64,000 nt of DNA from positions 47,060,001 through 47,124,000 of the forward strand of contig NW_024704742.1 of the NCBI RefSeq assembly GCF_018977255.1. Reading direction: 5' to 3'. Source of the stretch: Callorhinchus milii (Eukaryota). Shown here in pieces: positions 12,377 to 24,904 of the stretch. The notes under the pieces are model-generated. The model was not told the origin of the DNA, made no database searches, and saw nothing but the letters and a program-made list of their open reading frames with translations. The translations under genes and the position numbers were made by a program. Each line of letters opens with the position of its first letter. Within the stretch, counting starts at the first letter, position 1.

Positions 12377-13880
12377 ATGATTTTATTTCTCCCAACATTG
12401 AACTCCTCCACCTTCAGCATTTTATTGTATTATTATCCAGTTCGATCCCCAACTATCCTTCCTATCCCACATGAGATCCTAGACCAGGACCACTTTCTTC
12501 CACATCCATCCAACCAAACCTCCCACCCAGTGCTGCTGAAACCATGCTTTCATCATCACCTGCCTCGATGTCTCCAATATACCCCTCGTTGGTCTCCCCA
12601 GCTCCCCCCCTTCACAAACCAACTGAGACAAAATGCTTTCTTTGATTGAGGCATTAAACCAATGATCCTGTGGCACTATTTTGGAGCAGAACAGGGATTC
12701 ATATCAATGTCTAGGCCAATATTTCTCTTTCATTCAATTTCACCAGTTTAATTGGTCATTTGTCTCATAGCTATTTATAAGACATTGCTGAAGCAGATTA
12801 GCTGTCTACATAACAATAACCAATACACTTCTAAAAGTAATTGATATCTTACATGATAAAGCACAATATCAAGTACAAGGCTGATTTATTTACTTTAATT
12901 ATAAGACATTTGTACAAGATAAGATTTATCATGAGTTTGATACCAGCGCTCCGCTGAATTCTATCTGCCATTATTCACCTGTTAATTGAAGCTCATCATT
13001 GAATGAGGTACAATGACAGCAAAGTACGAAAGCAATGGGCTAGTGGCTGGGAGACTAGCAGTCAAATCCCATCACTGACAAATAATTGTGCTGATAGTTT
13101 TCACAATGTAGGTCAGGTTATTTGATAGAATAAGGGGGAAGTATGTGGCACTTCCTTCCCAAATTATCCAAGTACACTTCTGGCAGCTTGACAGGGACTA
13201 GAATTGACAGAGCGTTTGAGCTCTCAATCTCAATTCAGCTTCCTCTCACTGGAGGTCTCAGTAACTCCATATGGCCTGGACTCCTTTTTAGGTCACTTTT
13301 AGTTTAATGAAAAATGGACGGAAAAGAAAACAGGGTAATTAAATATTTTTAATTAATTAAATGCTACTGGTATTGAGACTAACTCGGCAATTCATATCAA
13401 ACTTCAACCTCCAGATGAGATGTGATTTAATATAACTAAAAGGACATTGGCGTCACTAACTGAATTATTCCCTGGTGGAGACAAAAGATGGAGGCTGCAA
13501 TAAATACCAGATTAGTCACAAGAAACATCCTAACAAACATCTTAAGCTAACCATGCTCAAACAACATCAAAGGTTTTACTTCATTTTAAACTATTGGATT
13601 TTGGCCTAGAATTTCATCAAATAAAATGCCTCTCAAACAGAAGGCTTCAGGTTTTCATATTGGACTTCTTCAGACAGAACAAGCGACCTTCACTGATCCC
13701 TGTTATGTGCAGCTGGTTTGATGGATGGTAGTTCCTGGAGATTCTCATTGTATTGTATGTTGGCGCATATGTTTCACCATCCATTTAGGATGCACTTCAA
13801 TCTGCATTTTTATGTCCAAAAGAGGGCTGACAATTGGTTCTGGCACATTTAACGCACAATTTAAAAGACTCTGTTTAGAT

Positions 13881-13893
13881 TGCCATCTAGTGG
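13881..13893 (-). promoter_or_regulatory. Candidate CTCF motif
   Basis: tgccatctagtgg reads CCACTAGATGGCA on the minus strand. Motif match only. Confidence 0.4.
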
Positions 13894-14089
13894 AATATTG
13901 ATGTAAACATAATCCCTGGGTTTGTACCAATCTCTTGCAAGGTTTCACATATGACAGTATAAAACTATCGACAACAGGAAGCTGTTCATTTGAACAGTTT
14001 TGGATATGCCCATTATTTGAACTGTTTCATTGTAAATATAGAATTCCAGAGGTATTGTAAATATCATTGTAAATATCATTGGAATTGAA

Positions 14090-14180
14090 AGGATTAGTTA
14101 GGTACAGATCAGCCATGATCTAATTAAATGGAGGACAGGCACAAAGGGATAAATGGCCTACTCCTGTTCCTATATTCCTA
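14090..14180 (+). mobile_element. CR1 3' tail fragment
   Basis: gatcagccatgatct...aaatggcctactcctgttcctat, a typical CR1 terminus. Confidence 0.7.
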
Positions 14181-14864
14181 AATATAGAATCCCATGTGTG
14201 TCACTCGAAATGATTATAACTCCATTTGGAAGGCAATCTCTTTCCAACTTCCATGAAATAGGATTGCAGCTAAAAAAACTGGTCACGAGTGTCACTCGAG
14301 TAAAGATCTTAGCACCCAAACACAGTTCCAAGTACTTCAGGAATTATGTATTTACAAATCCTTTTATCAGTTGCTTCATATTAGACCCCAACTAACTGCA
14401 CATTAAATCTGGTGCTGTTGTGCATTTAATGTTTGTTGAACTGAATAACAGTGCTATCATCTTTACACATTCCTTATCCCTCAGCAGATCCCTATGACAA
14501 TATCAAACATAAAATATAAGAAGGAGTGGAAGAGCAAAGGATCTTGGTGGGGGTTAATGTAGATAGATCCTTAAAGGAGAGAAGGCAGGTGCTCAGAGCT
14601 GTCAGAGAAGCTAATGGAATCTGGAATCATATATAGTGTGCATTCGGCCTCAACCACCACATCTAGAATGGCATTCCACATCCTAACAACTCTGTGTGTA
14701 AAAACATTACTTCTAATGTCTGAATATAAATTAATTGGATGCAAAAAAGTCAAACTCTCAGTTAAGCGCTCTGGGCCACTATCCTGTGTGATGGGGCTCT
14801 GTATATCTCTCTATATAATCTATGTATCCTTCACAATTTATGTTGAACTGTTGATTCATGGTGT

Positions 14865-15060
14865 CTTGGCCGACAATACCAGAAATAAAATAGGTCACTC
14901 GCTTTGAGGTTGTTTGTGGGACGTTGCTGTGCTCCAATTGGCTGCTGTGTTTCACCCACAAAATATACAGTCACTCCACTTTACAGTTCATCCTGTGAAG
15001 TGTTTTGAGACGCCTCAAAGACATGAAAGGCGCTATATCAAATGCAAGGATTATTATTAT
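14865..15060 (+). mobile_element. SINE 3' module (shared tail)
   Basis: tggccgacaat...gtttgtgggacgttgctgtg...ggcgctatatcaaatgcaagga(tta)n. Confidence 0.8.
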
Positions 15061-15574
15061 AACTTTACTCAATTCTGACATCTTAAATCTCAAGAAGAAA
15101 GTGTCTCGCAGGCAAAGGCTGGGTGGAATTTGGGGACTTGCAGGGATGGAGAAGAGGGAGGGGGCTCATCCCTACATCACTGAACCTTTGTAACCGGAGT
15201 TGCTGTCTCTACCACCTCTCTTTAGTTTAAGACAACTTAATGAGCCATTTTAGTGTGCATGAGTGCATATTTATGTTTGTGAAGGGGAGGGCACTGAAGG
15301 TCAAGGCTTAGCTTATTTATGTATTTTTTTCCTCTGGAATTCCACTCTGTAACTTGAGAATCTGGAAATTTGAAATAATAAATGAAACTCTGTGATACAC
15401 ATACAATACACATAACACAAACATGAATGTCAGGGAAATAAGTCCACAAGAACATCTGATTTTGGTGCAGAGAAATTTCCAGTGTCATTTTCCTGTACAG
15501 ATAGAACCCACTATTGTATCAGAAGGCTGAAGTGTAAACTATAGATACAACTTGCTTTCCCTACAGTATGGGAG

Positions 15575-18047
15575 CTTCTCCTGCTCTATTTCTGTCGACT
15601 TCTTCTCCCTCCTCTCTTCCCTTAACCTTTCCCTCCTCATCCACTCCCCCACCCATGATCGTGGCCACCCCCTTGACCTGGTGATCACCCGGGGCCTCAC
15701 CATCTCAGACTTCATCATCATCGACAAAGCGATCGCAGACCACCACTTCATCTCCCTCAACACCTCCGTATCCCTTCCCCTTTCTCAACCCTCCACCATC
15801 ACATACCATGCATGGAAAAAAATCCATGCATGGAAAAAAAATCCTCCCTCTTCCTCCTGGAGTCATCTGAACTCCTTCACCTCTGGCCCTCACTGACCGA
15901 TCTCCCCTCCTCACTCTCTTTTCTCCACAACTCCCTCTGCTCCATTCTGCACTCCCTTGCCCCCCTCACCTCCCGAACTGCCTCATACTCCCGTAAATCC
16001 CCCCGGTACACCAGCCATCTCTATTCCCTCAAGGCACAAGTGCGAGCTGCCGAACACGCCTGGACCAAATCCCAACTAATGGTCCATCGGCAGATTTGGC
16101 TTCACCACACCAAGATCTACCGCTGCACTCTTGCCTCTGCCAAATCCTCCTTCTGCTTATCTTGGAGGCAAAGGACAAACCCAGACTTTTCTTTTCCACC
16201 ACAAACCGACTCCGCCGTTCACCTTGCTACACCTCGCCCATCCTTTCCTCAAACTCCAACTATGAGGAGATGCTGGACTCCCTCGAATCCAAAATCGAGC
16301 GGATACTTTCAACCTCCTCTGCCTCATCCACAGACACCTCTACATCACCTCTCCCTCATGACCCAACCCCCCCACCCATTCCCCGTATACTCCTTCGACC
16401 CTATCTCTCCCTCCTCCCTCTCCACAACTGTCTGCAAACTCAAACCCACCACCTGCTCCCTCGATCCCATCCCCACCTCTCTTCTCCCAGTTCCACCTTC
16501 TGGCCCCTCTCCTTGTCCACCGGTTCAGTTCCCACACCCCTAAAAAACAGCCGTTATCACCCCCATCTCGAAAAAACCTTCCCTGGACCCATCACTTCTC
16601 TCCACTTATCGCCCCATCTCTAACCTCCCATTCCTCTCCAAGGTCCTGGAACGAGTCAGCGCATCCCAGCTCCGCTCCTTTCTTTCTCGCCATTCCCTCT
16701 TTGAACCCCTCCAATCCAGCTTCTGCACTGCCCACAGCATGGAAACAGCGCTGGTCAAAGTGACTAATGACATTCTGAACATCTGTGATCAGGGCTCCAT
16801 CTGCCTCCTTGTCCTCCTCGACCTCTCTGGCACCTTCGACACTGTCGACCACTCCATCCTCATACACCGCCTCTCCGCTTTACTTAATCTTCACGGACCT
16901 GCTCTTGCCTGGTTCGATTCCTATCTCTCTTATCGTCTCCACTTTGTTGCCTCTAACGGTTTCTCCTCCAGCCCCCGCACTGTCACATCTGGCGTCCCCC
17001 AGGGCTCTGTCCTTGGCCCTCTCCTCTTTAATATCTACATGCTCCCCCTTGGTGACATCATCCGCAGACATGGGGTCAACTTCCACATGTATGCAGATGA
17101 CACCCAACTCTATCTTTCTGCCTCCACCCTCAACTCCAGGACCACTGCTGTCCTGACAGACTGTCTGTCGGACATCAAGTCCTGGATGAGAGCAAATTTC
17201 CTACAGTTGAATGTGAACAAGACTGAGGCCCTCCTGATTGGCTCACGCCAGCGCCTCAGCACCTCAGGCTCTGGCAACATCAACCTCCAACCTCACACTG
17301 CAACTCACCAGCCAGTCAGGATCCTAGGTGTCTTGTTCGACTCTCAACTGTCTTTTCTTCCCCACATTCAAGGCATGACCCGCTCTGCCTTTCCTCACCT
17401 CTGTAACATCGCCCGACTCCGCCACTACCTCTCCCTTCAGGCCGCTGAAACTCTTGTCCATGCCTTCATCACCTCCAGGCTCGACTATGCAAATGCCCTG
17501 CTTGTCGGCCTTCCCAACTCCTCCCTCCAGAGGCTGCAGATAATCCAGAACTCTGTAGCCGTGTCCTCTCCCGCACCAAACTCGTTGACCCCATCTCCCC
17601 CACTCTCGCCTGATTCCATCGGCTCCCTATCCTTCAGAGGATCCAGTCCTGGTCTTCACCTACAAAGCCCTCCATGGCCTCGCCCCGCTCTACCTCTGCA
17701 ACCTCCTAACCCCCTACCAACCCGACCGCTCCCTCCGCTCAGCAGTCTTCGGTCTGCTCCATGTCCCCCGACCCACCCGCCCCACCATTGGTGTGAGAGC
17801 CTTCAGCCACTCTGCCCCAACCTCTGGAATTCTATCAGTCACTCCGCCTCGCCCCCTCCTTAGCCTCCTTCAAGTCCTGCCTCAAGACCTTCCTCTTCGA
17901 CCATGCCATCGGCCACCCCTTTCCCCTCCCCTCCCTTCTCCCCCACTGACCCCTGCTTGGGTCTGTAATGCTGTACACTGTCCAGAGCCTTGGGATGTCC
18001 TCCCGACGTGAAAGGCGCTATACAAATCTAATCTTCTTCTTGTTGTT
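15575..18047 (+). mobile_element. L2-clade LINE, 5'-truncated, with the best-preserved RT in the window
   Basis: APE C-terminus THDRGHPLDLVITRG...ADHH. ORF 16739-17863 carries ETALVKVTND, LLDLSGTFDTVDH, GVPQGSVLGPLLF, MYADDTQLY and SRLDY. Frameshifts on both sides; L2 tail at ~17980-18047. Confidence 0.96.
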
Positions 18048-18589
18048 CTCAAAAACTAACTTCAGTTTTTTAAATGGTGAGGTCCATAGCTGAATTTTTA
18101 TTACAGCAACACCTAGAGGCGGAATTCAATAGTGCAACAACATGAATAAACCTTAGGCTTAATCAAATAAAGATTTTTACTATCTTGGAATTAAAATTAA
18201 AAATTCTTTAGGTTCAGACAAATAGAATTAACCAGTGGAATCAGAGAAAACTCAATGTTGACACCATTCTCTTAGGTTTATTTAAACATCCTTAAAATGT
18301 ATTATTCCAGCACTCATAGTCATCTTCAGTGTCTGCCTATAAATTAAACATGTCACAATTGTATTCCTGTAGTAATATTAAGTGATACATCCAATGATTC
18401 ATGATCTACAACATTCTACATAACTCCCTGCCAGTATTGTAAACATGGTAATGTATATCTAGGTTTCACTGTAACACACCTTGTATCCTCCATCTATTAA
18501 GCCTACAACAAAAACTTGCAATTATAAAGCATCTTTAACAAAGGACAGCATCACTTTGCGCAGAGTCAAGAACTGATAAACTTCACTCA

Positions 18590-18800
18590 ATAGAATCGTA
18601 GAATCATAGAACTTTACAATGTAGGAACCATCAGTCCCGTAGAGTGTGCACTGGCTCTCAGAGCAAGCTATACTTTCAATAGCACTGTCTTGCCATATAC
18701 CCCTTCAAACCTCTAACTTTCATATTCCTGTCTATTTCCCTCTTAAAACCCACCTTGCCAGGCAGGGTGTTCCACATTCCAAAAAACTCTGAATGAAACA
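18590..18800 (-). mobile_element. Degenerate CR1 3' end
   Basis: (catagaat)n-like terminal repeats tagaatcgtagaatcatagaa, followed by CR1-like sequence. Confidence 0.6.
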
Positions 18801-19107
18801 AGGTAAATATAATTTGAGGACCGTATTGTTAGGAGCAAGGAGTAAACTCTGGTGAACAATTGGCCACTTAAATGATCACGTAGGGTGAATTGATCAATGA
18901 AAGTAATCAATCACATATTATTTATTAAAGTTCCTTGCTTGTAATAGTTATTGTTTCTTTTTAATCTCTGCTTGCTTGGTACATTCCAGTCTGGCCTAAT
19001 CATCAGGAGATAAGTAGGAGAACTAAATAAATGAGCCTCAAGCTTTGGTTAAGTTTTGGTGATCGAACCCCAGTAAAACACATGTTTTTTTCTCTGTTGT
19101 TTCACAG

Positions 19108-19311
19108 GGACTGTGCGGTGAAAAGTACAGTAGCATCCGCTTACCCGGAGAGATTGAATCTTCTGAGTTTGAAATGATCCTGGATGGTGCTCTGGAAGCT
19201 CAACTGGACACAAGAATCTTGGAGGAGTGGTACTGCCGAGATGAGAACTCCGTCCCACCAACGTACTACCTCAAACCCAAGTCTGAAATGCTGAACAATT
19301 GCCAGAATGCG
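19108..19311 (+). CDS. NWD2: NWD2 coding exon 4 (204 bp)
   Basis: Acceptor ctgttgtttcacag|GGA, donor GCG|gtaaag. Translates GLCGEKYSSIRLPGEIESSEFEMILDGALEAQLDTRILEEWYCRDENSVPPTYYLKPKSEMLNNCQNA. Phase 0-0. Not called in the ORF track. Confidence 0.94.
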
Positions 19312-19429
19312 GTAAAGGTCTGCAACATTTTAAATGTCTCCAACATGTGGTGAAAACTGCGACATGTAATGTGTTATTTAACACTTTGCTGAAAATTCAG
19401 CCTTGTCAATAATTAATTATTAGTTGGTT

Positions 19430-19657
19430 GTCTGTCTGCTCCCTCCGCTCAGCGGGCTCCAGCCTGCTCCATGTCCCCCGTCAAGCCCACTCCACCATTG
19501 GCGGTTGGACCTTCCTACCCCTACCCTCCCTGCCCTCCACCTCTCCTGATCCCAAACCCCAGCTCAGGTGCAAATTCCTGACTGTCCAACACCTTAGGAT
19601 GTCCTCCCAATGTGAAAGGCGCTATACTAATGTAATTTGTTGTTGGTTGTTTTTGTT
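19430..19657 (+). mobile_element. L2 3' fragment with an internal deletion
   Basis: SLRSAGSSLLHVPR... followed by the tail ctgtccaacaccttaggatgtcctcccaatgtgaaaggcgctat(ttg)n. Confidence 0.85.
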
Positions 19658-19667
19658 GTCTGTGGTT

Positions 19668-19820
19668 TTCCAATAGCCTCGTGGGTAAAGACAACACTAA
19701 ACACTAAACCACAATGACCGGGGGGGTCACAGGTTCAATTCTAGGCTTAGCTGAATTCACCCATGGTCAGTTGTTTGTTTGCTCCTGATCACTGTATGGT
19801 AACTCCTGTTGGAAACTGTA
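19668..19820 (+). mobile_element. Old tRNA-headed SINE fragment, AmnSINE2-like
   Basis: ttccaatagcctcgtgggtaaagac...gtcacaggttcaattctaggcttagctga...gctcctgatcactg...ctcctgttggaaactg resembles the recalled consensus and the copies at ~34822 and ~46490. The family name needs Dfam confirmation. Confidence 0.5.
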
Positions 19821-19829
19821 TTGCAGCAG

Positions 19830-20795
19830 CTGGTGGATTGGGGGGTAAGCAGGTCAGATAAGTAGGGAGGTGCGAGGACATTTGAAAATGAATGAGAGGA
19901 TCTTGAAATCGATCCGTTCGGTAATTGGGAGCCAGTGGGGCCTGGCAAGGATGGGAGTACGGAGTTTTGTGTGGGTGAGTATCCAGGTAACGGAGTTTTG
20001 AATTAATAGTATTTTGTGTACGGTGGAGACCAGCGAGGAGGGCATTGGAATAGTCCACCGGGAATTGACGAAGGCATGGACGAGGGTTTCGGCTGCATTG
20101 GTTCTGAGGTACGGATGGAGACGGGCAATGTGATGGAGGTGGAAAAAAGCGGCCCTAGTCAGGGAACGGATGTGGGGCAGAAAGGAAAGTTGGAGATCGA
20201 ATCTGACGCTAAGTTGTGCACAGATTCGGAGAATCCGAGTGAGAGCCCTGGGAGGTTGAGGAGTTCGGACCCACAGGAGAGAAGACGTTGATGGGAGCCA
20301 GGGAGTATTGCTTCCATCTTGCCGACATTGAGCTGCAGTCAATTTGTGCTCATCCAGGCCTTGATGCCTGTCAAACAAACTGGCAGGACATCAGTGGGCT
20401 GGGAGTTGCAGCCGGAGAAGGACAAGTAGATTTGGGTGTCATCCGCAAAAATGTGGAAGTTGACCCCGTGTCTGCGGATGACATCGCTGAGAGGAGGCAT
20501 GTAGATAAGGAAAAGAAGGGGCCCAAGGATGGAGCCTTGAGGTACCCCACAAGTGACTGGGCAGAAGAAAAACCATTTGCAGAGATGTATTGTTGGCGGT
20601 TTGTTAAGTCGAACTCGAATCATGTGAGTGGGGTCCCACTAAGATGGATGAGGGAGGAGGGATCCATGGAGGAGGATGGCGTGGTCGACTGTGTCGAACC
20701 TGGTGGAGAAGTCCAGCAGAATGAGAAAGCAGAGGGAGCCCTGGTCACAGAGAGAGAGGACGTCATTTGTTACTTTGACGAGCTCTGTCTCCATT
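19830..20795 (-). mobile_element. L2 LINE internal fragment (RT to C-terminus), antisense to NWD2
   Basis: Minus-strand ORFs contain [13 protein letters not shown]...[11 protein letters not shown] and AAETLVHAFVNSR. Confidence 0.92.
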
Positions 20796-21235
20796 GAACA
20801 AGGTATCAGAAGTCTGCCAATATGTGGATCCCTACATCAATGAAAAATCAGCACCTTCAGCTTCACTGATAAATCATGAAAGATGTAGTCTCGTATATGC
20901 TAGCACTTGTATTGCCTCAAGACAAGCAGCAGCATATGAATCAATCAATATAGGCCGACATATGGTCACAGATGCCTGTGGTGTCTGGAAATTATTTTTT
21001 GTCACTTTTCTCCCCTCCTCTTCTCAAGGAGCTGACTTTCAATGATGCTTCCACAAGTGTTTGGGAGCCCTCTCGTACCTCTCAGCCTTCAAAATCCTCT
21101 GAAGAAAAATTTCTTTGACTGTACCTTTGGTCAAAGTCTGTAAATCTTCCAGTGCTCACCACTACACTCTTAAGATGTTTCTTTACGTACAATATGGTAT
21201 ATCATTGCAAGTTATTTGTCTCTGACTAAAATAAT

Positions 21236-21918
21236 AATAGGATAATAACCTTTGCATTTGATATAGCGCCTTATCACATCATCGAGATGTCTCATAGCGC
21301 TTCACAGGACTTTTACTGTGGAGTGAACTGACTGTTTTATCAGCAATTGCAGCAGCCAATTTGTGCGTAGCCAAGCAGTGAGTGAGCAATTTTATTTGGG
21401 GCAGTCTTGGCCAGGACATCAGAAGGAACTTCCTTCTCTTTTCAAATAGTGCCTTGGGATCATTAACTTCCACCAGATCAGGCAAATGGGACCTCGGTTT
21501 AACGTTTTATCAAAGGGACAGCACCTCCAATAATGCAGTGTTGCCCCAGCTCTGTATTGAAATGTCAGCCCACACTGTGTGTACAAAGAACAACAAATTA
21601 AATTTGATTAGCACCTTTCATGTTGGGAGCACGTCCAAGGCGCTGGACACTCAGGGATTTGGGTTCAGGATGGGTAGAGGGCAGGAAGGGTAGAGGTAGG
21701 AGGTGATAGGGCCACAGAGCCTGGTGTGTGAGAGTACACGAGCTGCAGAGTTCTGAATGATCTGCAGCTTGTAGAAGGAAGAGTTGGGAAGGCCGACAAG
21801 AAGGGAATTACTGAAGTCGAGCCTGGATGTGATGAATTCAAAGTCCTTATGTTGGGCTTGATCCTATAACCTTCTGACTCAGAAAGAAGAGTGCTTCACC
21901 TGAGCCAAGCTGACATTC
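21236..21918 (-). mobile_element. Deu-domain SINE interrupted by an internally deleted L2 3' fragment (~21590-21835, minus strand)
   Basis: SINE tail and Deu core at ~21236-21580, SINE head at ~21840-21918. Between them lie an L2 tail and LQIIQNSAARV-type sequence. Confidence 0.75.
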
Positions 21919-21924
21919 AATCTC

Positions 21925-22083
21925 ATTCAAATGACTGTTTGTGGGGACGCTGCTGTGTGCAATTGCCTACCGCGTTTCGTCCACAAAATATACAGTCAAT
22001 TCATTTTACAGTATATTTTGTGAAGCGCTTTGAGACGTCTCGAAGACGTGATGAGGCGCTATATCAAATACAAGGATTATTAT
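21925..22083 (+). mobile_element. SINE 3' module (shared tail)
   Basis: gactgtttgtggggacgctgctgtgtgcaattg...aagcgctttgagacgtctcgaagacgtgatgaggcgctat. Confidence 0.85.
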
Positions 22084-23229
22084 CTGCTCACCTAATTCCA
22101 GAAAGTATTAGGTGCGGATTGACAAGAGGTAAGGCTCAGGGTCCCCAGAGTGTGTGTTGGAGCACTTCTAGCATTTAACCACATAGCTTGCCATTGTGAA
22201 CACTGTCGGGCAAGCTTCCTCTAACTCTAGCCTATGAACGAGAGGGCATGTCTGGCAGTTCAGAGATTAAAAATATCCCATGGCACTATCCAAAAACAGA
22301 AGGGATTCTGTCCAGATTCCCTGGTAAACAATTGACCAAATACAAAATTGGTCACACACTTCACTGTGTGATTGTGGGACATTGCAGGGGCATTAGCTGC
22401 CAAGGTTACCTACAAATACAGTCACTACACTTCACAGTAAATTCATGTGAACGCTTTGAGACATCACGACAATGTGATAAGGCACAATTTCAAATGCAAA
22501 GATTAATATTATTATGATGAATTACAGTATATTGAATTTGTTTTTTGTTTATATTTTTAAATTATTTTTAGTTTACTATTATGGGCCTTGAAGAAGACAA
22601 GGGAGGGAGTGAGGCAAAGGGACTGTGGGATGGAGTTCCAAAGGATGGGGGCAGAAAGTTTAGGTATTTCTGGATAGTATAACATTCCATAAAGTAGCAA
22701 ATATGTGACCTGCTCCCCCGGCTCTGTCTGAGCTGTTTGGAGATGTCCTGTATTGGAGGAGCCCAGGGTGACTCACGATCAGTGGGAGAATGTTAACATA
22801 GAACGCTGCAGATGAGAGTGACACCGCATCCCTCTGTGGATATGAATGCCACAATTATATATATGTACAATCTTATTTTACATGCCCAATACACATCATA
22901 GTGTTTAAAACAAATTGAATGAGACCAATATGTCAAACCGGAAGTGGTTCAATTTCACCTTCTGCAAATAATTCCCTCTTGACCTAATTGGAGTCATTGT
23001 GGTTTTACAATTCAGTTCACTACACGTCTCTGGTATGTAAGGCTTATCACCTTTGAGACTGGAGAATGTAGGCATCTTCAGTGCTTGTCAGTGTCTGCAG
23101 AGCCAAACTAACAGTGAACTTATTATTTCAGTTTTTGTCAGTGTCTGCGGAGACACTCTTTTAACAGTGAACTTATCGTTGCATACTTTTTTAAAATCTC
23201 TGATGTGTACAAGATCGACTATTTGGGGA

Positions 23230-23530
23230 GATGATTTTCCTTGGGGGGAGGTAAGGCAGTCTCCATGGAGCTGAGCTGGCTTCAAGGTGACGTGCTTGGC
23301 AATAAAATGTTGGAATCAAGTCAGCCCTCTGGGCGGTCTCAGTGGTCTGATTCTTGAGCCAACCTCCATGGCACTGCTGATAACAGACCAGCCAGGCTGG
23401 CTCATCAGCAGGACTTGGATGGGCAGACCAGATACTGAGAGCAGATATTTGTCTCACTCAGTCCTATTAACCCTGCAGGCCAAAGCCCTAATAGGGTGAT
23501 CCTAGCAGCGAAACAGCAGGAAACTTGCCA
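23230..23530 (+). repeat. Unclassified ancient interspersed repeat, copy 1
   Basis: Aligns by eye to the reverse complements of ~33630-34050 and ~60895-61350 (gagctgagctggcttcaaggtgac; ggcactgctgataacagaccagccaggctggctcatcagcaggac; cagtcctattaaccctgcaggccaaagccctaa). Confidence 0.7.
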
Positions 23531-23549
23531 GACAGTAGCTTTCAATTGC

Positions 23550-23790
23550 AAGTTGAGACATTAAACCGAGGTCCCACCTATCTTCAGACGTTAAAGATCC
23601 CATGGCACTATTCTAAAAGGGAAGGGGGTTCTCCATGGCTGTTCGTGGGGCATTGCTGTGCAAAACTGGCTGCCGCGATTGCCCACAAATTACACAGCCA
23701 ATCCATTTTACACAATATCTTGTGAAGGGCTTTCAGACATCTGGATGATGTGATAAGGGGTGATAACCAAGTGCAAGAATTATTATTGTA
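23550..23790 (+). mobile_element. Deu-domain SINE 3' part with the shared tail
   Basis: gagacattaaaccgaggtcccacc...aaagatcccatggcactatt, then the shared tail. Confidence 0.75.
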
Positions 23791-24904
23791 ATTATGCAGT
23801 GCTAGCTAGTTAGACTTGAGCTGTATCCAAATGCACACCCCAAAGTCTTGGCTCTTGCCACTCTGTGCCTAATACTTTCAGAATTAGGTAAGCAGGATGT
23901 AACCCTCTATGGAGACAGTATGCATTCCATTCTAGACACAGGGAATTTTTCATGTCTAGGTGGCATACATATATGGAATGCTCAGTCTGTTTCAGATGTG
24001 TCAGACATCCTGTTGACCCAAAAACAGTTCTGGTCAGGGATACACACATTCAGGACTGATTATAATGTGTTATAATTTCATGATTAGAATGGGAAATTCC
24101 TTTAGTAGCCAATATCAACAAAGGGATGTGCGAAATGCTTATCGGAATTTATACATTTATATTTTATAGGGTATTTGGTCAGTTTTTGTTCTTGTACATC
24201 CCACGGCGTCTCAGAGATACTCGTAACAATGAACTTATCATTGCATACTTTTTTTAAAATCTAGGATGTGTACAAGATCGACTATTTGGGGACATGATAT
24301 TCCTTGGGGGAGGTAAGGGGATCTCCATGGAGCTGAGCTGCCTCCTTCCCTTTCCTCCTTCAAGGCCCGTCTCAAGACCCTCCTCTTCGACCGTGCCTTC
24401 GATCACCCTCCTACCCCTACCCTTGTTGCCCTCTACCTCTCCTGTAGGAGATCAGAGGTGGTTTAAAGCTCAAATCCAAGGTTGATGGACCACGAGGTAA
24501 AGTATCGGACGAAGCACATTTAAATGGTTAAAGCAAACATTAGTTTATTAAAAATCTAGAGACAGTTACAACAGTCAAAGTTTTAACACTTACAATTGCG
24601 GAGGATTACTCAGGGCTTGGAATGATCAGGACCACACCCTGGGAGGCTCAAAGCCACTGTCTTCTTGATGTTGATCAGTTCTTGACCAGAGGGTTACCTT
24701 CTCCATCCTAGTCCTTAGCTCTCCTCGCCTTAACAGACAATATCTTGTCTTGTTATAATCTTTTATTATCTCCTGCTCACCTCTGAGTCTTTTGAGTTTT
24801 TCCATATATTGAGTTGTTTCCAACTGCCTTTGCAATCACAAAGAGTTGTTCTTCACTTCGTAGCAGTAACCATTAGCACTCTCTTGCTTTTGGATTATAA
24901 CAAT

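Noticed and set aside
16739..17863. 374-aa RT ORF as a domesticated gene or retron/DGR-like system
   Set aside because: It is collinear with the other L2 copies, flanked by frameshifted ORF2 remnants and ends in an L2 tail. It is an ordinary defective LINE.
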